Counted from the stretch's first letter, positions 25,533 through 37,591 are shown. The stretch is 64,000 bases of DNA from Eledone cirrhosa (GCA_964016885.1 OZ024743.1:372496001-372560000), one strand, 5' to 3'. Translations and numbers: made by a program. The notes: generated from the letters alone by a model not told the origin.

Positions 25533-25733
25533 CCCTTTAGCATTTACATTACTCTATATATATTATTGTATTTTCCCGGTAAAGGCTTTATCTCGGATAT
25601 CGAATCTACAAGATTTTGATATTATTTATTTTGAGAACAATACTTTAACACATGAGCAATTGGTTATGGCAGGTTTGAACAGAAAGAGGTGAGAAAATTC
25701 TGGCCGGATTTGGCCAGTTTAAATGCAAAAGGG
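25533..25733 (+). mobile_element. piggyBac-type MITE inserted into an RTE remnant
   Basis: TTAA|CCCT...AGGG|TTAA. Removing the MITE and one TTAA restores the RTE reading KTDLKKLNLT. Confidence 0.9.
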
Positions 25734-26031
25734 TTAAAAAGCTGAATCTCACAACAGACACAACAAAGGACCTTGAGGATTGGCAACATGTACTGGGGAA
25801 GATCTGCCCACCAGCATAAAATGTGACCTAACCCATTCACATACCTACACCCCTACCTTTCCTGCCCATAGTAACTATCTTCACCATTCCTTTACATCCC
25901 ACTCTACCCAACACCACCTCTGTCACTTTTGTATCCTAAAGCACCAGTCATAACTACTTCATAGCTGTTTACATTGTACCCCACCTTTAACCCAAGATCA
26001 ACCCTCCCCTTCATCTAATGCACCATTAAAT

Positions 26032-27020
26032 TCATCATCATCATCACCGTTTTACGTCCGTTCTTCCACGCTAGCATGGGTTAGACGGGTTGTCCTGTTG
26101 TGGGCAGTGTCTGGTCGGCTGAACATGCCTTGCTCATACAGGAACTGATCTGGCTTGATTTCTACAGCTGGATGCCCTTCCTAACACCAACCTCATTTAC
26201 AATGAATGCTGGGTGCTTTTTCGTGACGCCTACACGTCCACTTTACAGTGTGGGCTGGGTGCTTTTTTGCCGTGGCACCTCCACGACCACCTTGCGGTGG
26301 GGGTTGTGGGGGCATATTGTTTATATGCTTCAGCATGTACCCATGGGAGGTCGGGTACCCTGTATTACTGCGTGACGCCAGAAGTCACGGTCGTGTGTCA
26401 TTGTCTTTGAGAGGTGTAATTGGGTAAGGTCGGCTTTTATCACCTCATCCCAGGTCATCTTGGGTCTCCCCACTCCGCGGTTTCCATCAACTTCTAGTGC
26501 TCTGCACCTTTTTATGCAGCTGTCATCCTTCATACGCATCACATGTCCATACCAGCGCAACCGCCTCTCCTGCACACAGCATTTGATTCCTCTTATGCTC
26601 AGTCTCTCTCTCAATTCATTTGCGCTTTGTCGTTCACGTATATTACTGTTACACATCCATCGGAGCATGCAGGCTTCGTTTCTCTCTAATCTACGTAAAT
26701 CTTCCACCTTCAGCGCCCAGGTCTCACTACCATGCAACATTGCTGTTCGGATACACGCATCATACAGTCTGCCTTTCATTCTGAGGGAGAAGCCTTTTGC
26801 AGCTAGCAGTGGTAGTAGTTCCCTAAACTTCTTCCATCCCGTTCTTACCCTAGTTATTGTACTTTCTGAACACCCACCTCCGTTGCTAATTCGGTCACCT
26901 AGGTAGCAGAAGCTGTCTACTGTTTCTACAGGGCCCTCCCAGAGATTGGTGGTACTTGTTTCCCGTGGCTGTTTGCTGCTTGCTGTTTCAGCACAGCTGC
27001 TGCATGTGAATCCTACATCA
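26032..27020 (-). mobile_element. 5'-truncated RTE LINE (family of 2723-5235)
   Basis: ORF 26330..26779 reads MKGRLYDACIRTAMLHGSETW...RLRWYGHV...GRPKMTW, followed by a 3' UTR and (GAT)n tail. Confidence 0.92.
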
Positions 27021-27504
27021 TAAATTATGAACCATATTTGAACACCACACCTCTGAAGTCTAATACTACTACAATATGGTCTTTGAACTTCTTTTTGCTC
27101 TCTCCCACTTCCTCTTTACCATTGTGTTCTTTAAAATGGTAAGGTATAATTTGAGGAATATTTTTGGTGTTATTTCTTGCATGTTGAACGACCACATAGA
27201 GGATTCCTCATTGACTCGCATGCATGTGTGTGTGTGTGAGTAACTACAGTAAAAAATCAGCCAATTCATGTTAATATGCAACAACCACTGCCAAATATGG
27301 AATTATTTTACAAAGGAAATTTCCACCACATCCATCATACACACATGATATACTCTCTCATCCCTTTCCCACCCTCCAGTCTTATCATATGCACATTGCA
27401 TTACACTTGTCATTCCGCTACGTCCACCCATTACCCCTTTCCCATGGCATTATTTCTATCCTGCTTCCCATAGAGTAGGGAGGGTTCTTCTGTCAAGTCA
27501 GTGA

Positions 27505-28105
27505 CCAGCAACCTCCCTAGTGTTGGTGACAAGACACACACACACCTGGTAAGCTCTGTAAAATTGCTGGTGTTAGAAAGAGCTTCCAGCTCTAAAGTTC
27601 ATGCCAAAAAAGGTTGAGAGGCCTCTCCTTTCACAACACAGCAACCTCTCTAGTACTGGTGTTAGCTAATGTACCCAATATACACTCTTTAAGGTAATTG
27701 GTGAAAAGAAGGAAATCCAGCTAAAGAAATCCTGTCAAAAGAGGTTGAGAGGACCCTTCAGTTGTGTCAAAAACTCAGTAACTTCTCTGGTGTTGGTGAT
27801 ATGATAAACACACTCAGTAAACTCTGTAAAGTGTTTGGTGATAGACAGGGCATTGAGTCATAGAAAACTTTTCAAACAAAGGGTTGGGAGGACTCTTCAG
27901 TTATGGCAAAGACATAACAAACTTCCTAGTGCTGGTGTCATAATGAAACACACTCAGTATACTCTGTAGAGTGTTGGAACTTATGTAAACTAGAAGCTGG
28001 CCTCCAGCTCTTCTCACAGGTCAATAGATTTAACTGAGTGCTTACTTGATCTGTAACAATTTGTCCAACCCTTGCCAGCAGGGAAAATAGACATTAAATG
28101 ATGAA
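27505..28105 (+). repeat. Degenerate ~130-bp tandem array (4 units) derived from the RTE/SINE 3' domain, followed by an RTE-type tail
   Basis: Units repeat AGCAACCT..CTAGTG.TGGTG...CTCTGTAAA..G.TGGTGTTAG.AAG.GC.TCCAGCT. The tail CCAACCCTTGCCAGCAGGGAAAATAGACATTAAATGATGA follows. Confidence 0.6.
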
Positions 28106-28466
28106 GACTGGCAAAGGAGGTAGACTATTAGTAATAGCTGCAGATATGCTGAAACATCTAGATTAGTGGTTCACCTGCTAACCACACATAAATTAAGTAA
28201 TACAGGATGGTGCCATACCCAACGACTGGCATAACAATATTGCCATTAACAAGGGAGATGCACAGGCCAGAGGAAACTAAAGGCATCATATTGATGGGCC
28301 TAGACAAGATGCAGTTTGGTTTTATGTCAGATTAAATGTACCACTGTAAGACAGCTATTAGAGAGGATATTATCTAAGAGTAAGCTGCTCTACATAGCAT
28401 TCAATGACCTTGAGAAAGCATTTGACATGGTCCTCCACTCCATAATTTGGTGATCTCTTAGGAAAG
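28106..28466 (+). mobile_element. Highly decayed RTE RT fragment
   Basis: Remnants of IAADMLK, MQFGF and DLEKAFD. Confidence 0.6.
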
Positions 28467-28537
28467 TAATATGTAGCCATGTAAACATGCTAGAAAATTC
28501 AAATTTTCCTGTAAATTGAAAAAAAAATGATAAACAT

Positions 28538-28579
28538 CTTTAATCGATTTTCGGATCTAATTGGACCTTCATCAGAAAG
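28538..28579 (-). ncRNA. Candidate minimal hammerhead ribozyme enclosed by 32-bp inverted repeats
   Basis: The minus strand reads ttt-CTGATGA-AGGTCCAATTAGATCC-GAAA-ATCGAT-TA-aag, with a palindromic stem III (AATCGATT). Confidence 0.55.
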
Positions 28580-28829
28580 TATTTTCTGGCATGTTTACAT
28601 GCCTACATATTAGATATGCGTATATGTTTATACACATTGGTGCATCTCGGTTACACAATTTGTACTTATACAGGTATAACTTTATCATAAGCTTCAGCTG
28701 CTAGCACATTTCTTACTATATATATATGTGTGTGTGTGTGTATTGCCAGTGTGGATATACAACCATGCTTTTTATTATTAGCACCTTTTGCCTTTCATCC
28801 TTACAGGGTCAATAAAATAAAGTACCAGT

Positions 28830-29140
28830 AAGCATGGGTTAGAGGGGTTTTCCTGTTGTGGCCAATGCTAGGTCAGGTGACCATGTCTTGCTCGTACAGA
28901 ACTGATTTTAGCTTGGTTTCTACAGCTGGATGACCTTCCTAACACCAACCTCATTTACAGTGAATACTGGGTACCTTTTGTTGTGACACTTACAAGACCA
29001 CTTTACAGTGTGCAGTGGGTGTTTTTTGTTGTGTCACCAGCACGACCACTTTACAGTGTGTGCTGGGTGCTTTTGTCATGACGGCTACAAGACCACTTTA
29101 CAGTGTGGGCTGGGCATTTTTTGCTTTGTCACCATCAAAA
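28830..29140 (-). mobile_element. RTE/SINE 3'-UTR remnant with short internal tandem repeats
   Basis: TTTCTACAGCTGGATG.CCTTCCTAACACCAACC motif plus three GACCACTTTACAGTGTG units. Confidence 0.6.
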
Positions 29141-29392
29141 AAACATCCAATCCTTGTTGATATGAAAATTTTTTTAAAATGTAAAAAGTAAATAAATTAA
29201 ATCTACTGCCTCAAAAACAACTTCCAAATATGGGATTATTTTAGAGAGGAAATGTGATAGATTTAGAGTTTTTTTTTTGTTGTTGTTGGTTAAGGTTGGA
29301 GGTGCAGTTAATTGGTTTGACCCTGCTATATCATTTGGTTGGTATATATTTGAACTTTGAAGAAATGACAAATTAAAATGGAATAATAATAA

Positions 29393-31172
29393 TCATCATC
29401 ATCATCATCATCATTTTACGTATGCTCTTCCCTGCTTGCAAGGGTAGGACGGGTCTTATTCAGCACAGCATCTCTCCACTTGTCACGGTCCTTCGTCATC
29501 TCCACCGTGAGCTTCAGCGATCTGAGGTCTGTTCTCACCACCTCCGCCCATGTTTTTTGTGGTCTACCTCTACCACGTCTTCCTTCAACTGGCATTTCCT
29601 GGCACTTCTTTACCCATCGGTCATCCTCCATGCACATCACATGTCCATACCACCTCAGTCTCCTCTCCCATACACTACATTCTATCCCTCTCAGACACAG
29701 TTTCTCTCTCAACACATTCATGCTGGGTCGTTCACGCACATTGACACTGCACATCCAACGGAGCATGCTTGCCTCATTTCTCTCCAGCCGTCGCATATCC
29801 TCTGCAGTTGCTACCCATGTCTCACTACCATGCAACATCGCGCTCCTCACACAGGCATCATATAACCGGCCTTTCGTACGCAGGGAGAAACCCTTCTTCG
29901 TCAGCAGAGGAAGCAGCTCGCTAAACTTCTTCCAACCCGTCCTTATTCTAGATACTATGGCCTCGGAACACCCCCCCTCCCCTGCTAATCTGATCTCCTA
30001 GGTACCGGAAGTTATCCACCACTTCTATAGCACCCGCCTGCATTTGAAAAATGTGTCTATCAATGCGACTTCTACTGTCTAATTTCCCTGTACATCTACT
30101 GCATACATATTTCTCCCTACCTGTTAGTTTGCCTGCTATCCCACTACATCTCTTGTGTACCCAGGATCTGCATTGTGTGCATTTTATAGAATTTATGCCA
30201 GTTCCTTTTCTGCATATCCAACATGGCCATTTCCCTGGCGGAATCAGAGTTTTGTCCTCTTCTCTACTCATCAACACTTTTGTCTTAGCTAGGTTCACTC
30301 TCAGTCTTCTTGCTTCCAACTGCTGTTTCCATAGCCAGAATTTATTCTCTAGCTCCTCTATTGATTCTACTATAAGAACCAGATCGTCAGCATAGAGAAG
30401 TTCCCATGGACAGCCAGTCTTAAACTCCTCTGTTATGGCTTGGAGGACTATAATGAACAAGAGTGGGCTGAGGACCGAACCTTGATGTACTCCTACTTGT
30501 ATCTAGAATTCCTCACTAAACTCCATTCCTACCCTGACTTTACTGACAGTACCTTTGTACAAAGTTTGCACTGTCCTCACAAGCCATTCCTCAACACCTA
30601 GTTTCCTTAGGGACCACCAGATGACAGATCGGGGTACCCTATCAAAGGCCTTCTGTAGGTCAACAAAGGCTAAGTATAGTGGCTTATTTTTCTCTAAGAA
30701 CCTCTCTTGCAATTGGCTCACCAAGAAGAGGGCATCTGTTGTACTCTTCCCAGGCACAAAACCAAACTACATCTCATCTCGTTTGACTCTTTCTCTAATT
30801 AGTTGTGCTAATATCCTTTCTGCCACTTTCATAACCTGATCCATCAGTTTTATACCCCTATAATTGCTCCTCTCCAGAGCATCCCTTTTACCTTTGTAGC
30901 AATTTATGAGAATACTGCTGCACCAGTCTTTGGGTATGACACCACCATATATAGCCTGATTGATGATGTGTGCAACCAGCTTAGTGCCTACGTCCCCTGA
31001 TGCCTTCAGCATCTCAGCAACTATTCCCGATGGTCCAGCAGCCTTACCATTTTTCATTTCCTTAATCGCCTCTTGGACCCTATATTCGTCAATCTCAATA
31101 GCTGGTCCCTCTGTCGGATCTACTGAGGGTAATTTCTCTCTGTCCCATTCGTTCTCCACATTCATCAGTCTC
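29393..31172 (-). mobile_element. 5'-truncated RTE LINE (third family; RT, PHD-like finger and C-terminus)
   Basis: AFVDLQKAFDRVP, YADD, GKWPCWIC...CTQC...VHKRC...CSRC, FRYLG and GRPQKTW. The ORF runs into a (GAT)n tail. Confidence 0.93.
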
Positions 31173-33582
31173 TCATAATGACATTTCCAGATGATTTTTG
31201 AAAAAGTTAATCAGGGCATCACCAAAGAGGTAAGTGCTCATCTTCAGCCCTTTCAGACGCGTCCACCATACTATCTCTTTCGCCATGGCCACCAGATAAA
31301 AAACTGCCTGCTCTTCCCGGCTAAAGGAAGAGGGCGGGGCAATCCTCACGATGGACTCAGCTGATAGCTGGATCCATTCTACATGCGACAGCAGGTGTTC
31401 GACATAAACCCACAAGTCAGCAATGCTCGGACACTGAACGAGTGCGTGCATCTCGGACATGCCTGGCTGACGGCACTTCCGTGCCTGTAGAGTTTATCCC
31501 GAACTGGCAAAGCTCCTCGGTAGCACTGCCATGCCAGGGATTTCTGGAAGTTATCCATAGGCCCCGGCCCGAAAGTTCTTCCGAAGAGATTGGCTAGTTG
31601 ATTTTCGTCGACGCCTAGAGTTTCCCCAAGTACGTCGTCGTTCTTCCACTCCACTAATCCTCTATAGAACGCCAAGGTAGAGTTTCCACCAATCACATTG
31701 CCCGACTGGTCGAGGGCTGTGAGCGCCTGAAGACATTCCAGTCTCCAAGCGCTCCCTCTCGGTCTTTGCTTGACCCAGGACTGCAGCTCCATCAAGGAGA
31801 CGAGCTGGGGAAAGACGCGTCTAGCAAATGCTCAATAATAATAATAATGATTTCTTTATTAGCTACAGGGCTCACATTAAAGACGATATAGTGTGGGTTT
31901 TTCTTTCTGTAAAATAAAATTTATAAAAGAGACTAAGAAAATATAGCCACAAAAACCACGGTCACCCTGTCCGCTAGGGAAAAGTGCCCTCTCCCACTCT
32001 TTCTACTCCACTCTACAGGTGTATGCTGAAGGCAGGCCCATTCACAAAGACCATGCTTGCAACTCTAACCCACCTTTCAACAAACTTGCTAGAAGACAGC
32101 ACTTCCTTCTCCACCCTGATTTCCCTCTTCAAGTGAAATCTGAAAAAGTTAATCAGGGCTTCGCCAAAGAGGAAGATGGCTTTCTTCAACCCTTTTAAAC
32201 ACGTCCACTACACGACCTCTTTCGCCATAGTCACCAAGCAGATAAAAACTGGCTGTCCTTCCCCTCTAAAGGAAGATGTCGGGACGGTCTTCACAATGGA
32301 CTCAGTTGATAGTCGGATTCGTCCTACATGTGACAGCAGGTGCTTGACATAAACCCACAGGTCAGCAATACTCGGACACTCAACGAATGTGTGCAGAACG
32401 GTTTCGTTGCCCTGTGTGCACCTCAGACAGGCCTGATTGACAGCACTACCATGCTTGTAGAGTTTATCCCAAACTGGCAAAGCTCCTCGGTGGCACTGCC
32501 AGGCCACTCGACTGTTCGCGCCTGAAGACATTCCAGTCTAATAGTAATAATGATGATTTCTTTCTTCACCACAAGGGTTAACATCAAGAAAACATGAATA
32601 GGATGGAAACATAGAGTGTGTGTATGTGTGTGCAGTGGGGGAGGGGTGTAAACAGATTTAACAATATTGAAGATAGGTAACAATAAAAATTAAACAATGG
32701 AAATTCTTCAATAGGGAGGAGACATTTATGGGCAAGTGACCTGTTCAAGTTGTCCTTTCCCGTCTACAGGCACGCACACACTCAGAATGGGCCCATTCAC
32801 TCTGGCCATGCAAACCTCTTTAACCCACCTTACAAAAAAAAAACATTTGGAAGGCAGCACTTCCTTCTCTACCCTGATTTTTCTCTTCAAGTGAAACCTG
32901 AAAAAGTTAATCTGGGCTTCACTGAAGAGGAAAGTACTGGTCTTCAACCCTTTCAAACATGTCCACCATACAACCACTTTTGCTGTGGCCATCAGACAGA
33001 TGAATATAGCCTGCCCTTCCTGACTAAAGGAAGGCAGTGGGGGTGATCTTCATAATGCACTCAGCTGATAGCTAGATTCATGCTATATGCGACAGAAGAT
33101 GTTCGACATAAACCCACAGGTCAGCAATGCTCGGACACTGGACGAGTGCATGTGCGATGGTTTTGTCGTCCTGTGCACATCTCGGGCAGGCTTGGTTGAC
33201 AGCACTCCCATGCCTGTAGAGTTTATCCTGAACTGGCAAAGCTCTCCTGTATCACTCCCAGGCCAGGGACTTCTGGAAATTATCTATGGGCACTGGACTG
33301 AAAGTCCTCCCAAAAAGAGTGACTAGATGATTTTCATCAATGCCTAGAATTTCCCCAAGAACATTGTTGCTTTTTTTTTTTGCCACTAACCCTCTATAAA
33401 ATGCCAAGGTGGAGTTTCCATCAATTGTACTGCCTGATGAGTACAGGGCTATAAGCGCTTGAAGACATTCCAGTTTCCCAGCACTCCCTCTTGGTCTCCG
33501 TTTGACCCAAGACAAGAGCTCCATTAAAGAAATGAGCTGGGGAAACGTGTCTAGTGAATGGCAACCACACCTGTTCACCATT
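31173..33582 (-). mobile_element. Three head-to-tail truncated Tx1-like LINE 3' fragments (about 31173-31832, 31848-32540, 32555-33582) separated by (AAT/GAT)n tracts
   Basis: ELQSWVKQRPRG, NFQKSLAWQCYRGALPVRDKLYRHG, CPRC and the ETV.H...C zf-RVT-like C-terminus are shared with the 52-64 kb elements. Confidence 0.85.
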
Positions 33583-33839
33583 AAGTAAATGAGGTACCAG
33601 TCTAGTATTGGTGTCGATATAACCAACTTTCCCAGCACTCTAAATTGCTGGCCTTATGCCTAAATTAGAAACCATTGGCAGTATTGGAAGAGATTGGATA
33701 TCCTCTGTATTTACTGTCCATGTTTCACTTCCATGCAACATCGTACTTTACAAGCATCATACAACTGCACTTCTCATTATGTTAAATATTTTCATTCTGT
33801 CTTCTATTTCCTTCCATAGTTAAGACTGTTAAAACAGTC

Positions 33840-34105
33840 TTCTTCTTCTTCTTCTTCTCCTTCTCCTCCCACTCCCACTTATTCCTGAGAGGGTTTGTGG
33901 AGAATCCTCAAACACTCCTTCCAGCGGGTCCTGTCAGATGCAGCCATCTCCAACTAATCCAGCTGGATCCCCAAGTGAAACCAGCCGAGCTCATGGATGT
34001 TATCCAACCATGTTACTCGGGGTCTATCCCTCAGTCTCCTGGCGGTTGGTTTTGCCCATAAAATCTGTCTAACGATTCTTTCCTGAGACATTTTAACCAC
34101 ATGCT
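33840..34105 (-). mobile_element. Expander/Rex3-like RTE 3' fragment with (GAA)n tail
   Basis: Homologous to 11115-11972 and 49425-49850. Confidence 0.75.
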
Positions 34106-34151
34106 TTTAAAAGAGTATCATTCAAATTTGATAATGTCAACTATATTGATT

Positions 34152-34295
34152 ATGCGTGTCCCTCTCACCATCCTCTGGGGAAATGCCTTCTCTACTGTCT
34201 GCCAAGGCTGTAGGGTGGCCAATCCGCCGAGGCATGGGTCACCATTTGCTCATAATAGTGAAAGATGGGGAGGGCGGAAAAGACAGAGGTAGTGA
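34152..34295 (+). repeat. Unclassified ~140-bp interspersed repeat (second copy at 40212-40348)
   Basis: Shared CTCACCATCCT..G.GGAAATGCCTTCTCTA...GGGTGGCCA...ATAATAGTGA.AG.TGGGGAG. Confidence 0.65.
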
Positions 34296-34789
34296 CAGTG
34301 GGAGTTTGGTTCCTTTGTGTTTGAACGTGGTGTATATGTATATATTTATTTACCACACTTACACACAAACATAGTTGACAAACTTAGTGTTCGACACTTT
34401 TTGTTTTGACCACTCCAAAAAAATCACTAAGTTTACATGTCTACAACATAGTCCACATTCACCCAGGCCAAATCATATTAACACTGTTGAAAGCAGGCAT
34501 GTTAAACTGAAGATCCCCCAAGGACCACATAGGTCACATATGTGTTATCTGAGGGCCAGACATGACAACTAATTGCACACATGACAACTAACTTTTTTAT
34601 CTTATATTACGAAGATAAAACATGCTCGCACTGTAAAAACCTTGGTATAGCCGCAGGTGTGCTTGTAAAGGGCCGCTACTTTGACATGCCTGGTTGAAAG
34701 TATAATACTCAAGCTTGTTTCATTACCTTAAATCTGCATTATGTTAACTTGTTGCATTGTTAAAGATTTTCACTAATCTTCTACTTCAT

Positions 34790-34925
34790 GTGGATTGGCA
34801 GTATCGGTAGACGTTCAAATCCCGCCAAGGTTAACTTTGCCTTTCATCCTCACAGGGTCAAAGAAATAAAGTACCAGTAATGCACTGGGTAATTGCTGGC
34901 CTTGTGCCAAAAGTAGAAACACTTA
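34790..34925 (+). mobile_element. SINE family 1 copy with an internal deletion in the head
   Basis: GGATTGGCAGTATCGGTAGA is joined directly to GTTCAAATCCCGCC; the domain and tail are intact. Confidence 0.8.
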
Positions 34926-35734
34926 TGATATATATTTATCAGCACACATGTGTGTGTGTATGTATGTGTGTTTGTGTATGTATGTATGTATGTATGTGTG
35001 CATGTATGTGTATGTATGTATGCATGCATGTGTGTGTGTATTGCATGTGTGTATGTATGATTGTGTGTGTGTGTATGTTTGCGTGTGTGTGGAAACATTA
35101 CTAGCATACTTGCATTCAAATTATTGAAATAAAATAATGAATAAAATAATGTTAATGGCAGAGCAATAATTTTGTAATGCAGCAGCAGCTGTCAGATTAA
35201 CACTGTCTTTGTCATATACACCCCCCCATCTTCTATACACAGGAGGGAGAAAGATAAGTCATACTATAGTTCCATTTCAATATGTGTCCTTGACACTTTT
35301 CTGAATATATTTGATACAAAAGCAGCTAATTACCATTGCCATTTTTACACAAACTGACAGATCTGAAATTTAAACTGTGTCTGTGTGTGTGTGTGTAAGG
35401 GGAAGGGAGGAGGCACTGTGTGTTGACATCAACTCTTTCTCTATCTATCTATCTATCTCTCTCTCTTTCTCTCATTTTTTCTCACTCGTTAATCTAGAAT
35501 GTATATATCCTTGTGTGTTGTAAAAAGTGACTAGAAGGGTATCTGTTCATAAAACACTACCAAAAATGACCCCATGATGAATATGAAACCTGTTATAACA
35601 AAGACTCACAAGGCTAACCTATGCCTGAACTGTGAGAATGGCCTTAAAATGTATGTCTTTCCACAGCTTGCCTCTTTGATAAGGATCAAATGCTGAAACT
35701 GGGCACCTAGCATCTGGAATGTGTGTAGTATATA

Positions 35735-36365
35735 TTTGGTAGAGCATTGGACTCCATACTTGGCAACATAGTTACAGCCCTTTAGGTTCTGAGTTCAAAT
35801 CCCACCAAGGTTAGTTTTGCCTTTGATCCTTACTGGGTAGGTAAAATAAAGTACCAGTAATGCACTGGGGTTGATTTAATTGGCTTTCCGTTTCCCCCAA
35901 AATTGGTGGCCTTATGCCGAAATCAGAAAGCATTATTATTATTATTATTATTGTAAGAGTGGTGGATTGGCAGTATCAGTAGAGCATCGGACGCCATGCT
36001 TTGCAACATAGAGTTACGGCCCTTTACAGTCTGAGTTCATATCCCGCCCAGGTTAACTTTGCCTTTCATCCAAAGCACCAGTAACATACTGGGGTCGATT
36101 TAATCGACTTTCCCCTCCCCCCAAATTAATGGCCTTGTGCCTATACTAGAAATCATTATTATTTACTTCTAGACGGTGTATTGGCAGTATCGGTAGAGGG
36201 TCGGACGCCATGCTTTGATGCAAAGAGTTACGGCCCTTTCCATTCTGAGTTCAAATCCCGCCGAAGTTAACTTTGCCGTTCATCCTTATGGGGTCGATAA
36301 AATAAAGTACCAGTAATGCACTGGGTAATTGCTGGCCTTGTGCTAAAAGTAGAAACAATTATTAT
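35735..36365 (+). mobile_element. Three tandem SINE family 1 copies immediately upstream of the exon 2 acceptor
   Basis: Repeated GAGTTCAAATCCC B-box and central domain. The third copy (~36175-36357) is flanked by duplicated ATTATTATTTACTTCT. Confidence 0.88.
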
Positions 36366-36392
36366 TTACTTCTTTTTTTTTTTTTTTTTCAG

Positions 36393-36626
36393 GGTGGAGT
36401 GTTCATATTCTGGGAACATGTTTTGTCAACTGACAACCCTCGTATCAAGTTTTTCCAGTGGAGTATAAATGGACTGTGGAAGAAAGTATTTGGCAACTGT
36501 CACTTGATCCGACAAACATGGAAGACGGTGGAATCGGCTGGTTTTTCTTTCCAGAAATACTCCAAGATCAACATTGATACTATGGCACTGATAAGTCCAA
36601 CATTGGTTGGCAGAGCCATCAAATAA
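36393..36626 (+). CDS. METTL7A: METTL7/TMT1-like methyltransferase, coding exon 2 (77 aa plus stop)
   Basis: A poly-T-CAG acceptor precedes GGVFIFWEHV...FFQ...W...FGNCHLIR...AGFS...LISPTLVGRAIK*, which matches the METTL7 C-terminus (EHV...W...GC.LTR...AGFS...PHI.G.A.K*). Confidence 0.92.
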   Translation, partial: GGVFIFWEHVLSTDNPRIKFFQWSINGLWKKVFGNCHLIRQTWKTVESAGFSFQKYSKINIDTMALISPTLVGRAIK

Positions 36627-37591
36627 TTGCTTTTCTTTGTACTTCTTTTTCTTTTGTTTTTTTCTTTTGTTTTTTTCTTTTGTTTTTTTCTTTTGTTTAC
36701 TTCCAACAACAAAACACTCTCTTTTATCTCTCTCTCTCACTCTCTCTCTCACTCCCTCTCTCTCTCCTGTCAGCCCCACCCTCAACCCCTTTTTTTTTTT
36801 TATACTCTGCTCAATCCTCTCACCAATTTATGATTCATGATCCAATCTGATCTGATCAAAAGAGGAAACATCTTTGTGGTAAATTAAGCTGTTGGAAAAG
36901 AGAGTAACAATGAATGTAAAGGGGATTGTTGAATGTGGGATTGTATGTAAGTGAGATGCAGCCCCACCGATCTACCCAGTCTCAAAGGTCATTAGCTCCA
37001 GTTATATACTGATATGGCCTGTAACAATCCTTCCAATCTTTCCAATCCTTGTTAGCAGGAAATATGGAAGTTAAATGATGATGATCATCATGATATATCA
37101 TTAGTAACATCATTTTATGTTTGTTTTCCCTGCTATCCAAGGTTGGATAGGTTGTCACAGACAGTCAGCACTGAAGTAGAACTGTTGACCTCTCAATGGA
37201 ATATTAAAGCCTTTGATGAGAAACTTTGCAGTATATCTGCTTCATCTCTGTGCATTCCAAGTTTAAATTCTACTTCCTGTCACTTGAAAACAAAAAGATC
37301 AGTGATAGGCTTGGGAATTCCTTAAGCAAGCCCCCTAAATATTTCAGTTGATCACTCTTAATGACAATGCATGCAGCAGGAAATGTTCAGGTCTTACACA
37401 CTCACTTTTTCTCTTCTTTTTCTATCACACACCACCAACTTTTCAATCAATGTGATGGCAGCACAAGTTTACTGTATAAGAGGAGCAAACACATGTTCAA
37501 ATTCTGCGCACTCTCTTTTTCTTTTCTTCTTTTTACATCACACAAACAACTTTTCCATAAATGTGATGACAAAATGAGTTTATCGTATTAA

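Larger units (their letters stand above)
24715..25810 (+). mobile_element. Old, degraded RTE 3' fragments interrupted by a SINE and a MITE
   Basis: Remnant GKGRPRKTWDEVIKTDL and MKDDSCIKMC motifs. Confidence 0.6.
8045..36392 (+). other. 28,348-bp phase-0 intron of the METTL7-like gene
   Basis: GTAAGT donor at 8045 and a long T tract followed by CAG ending at 36392. Joining gives KRILRK|GGVFIFWEHV, matching the family motif RvLrPGG.fyf.EHV. Confidence 0.88.
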
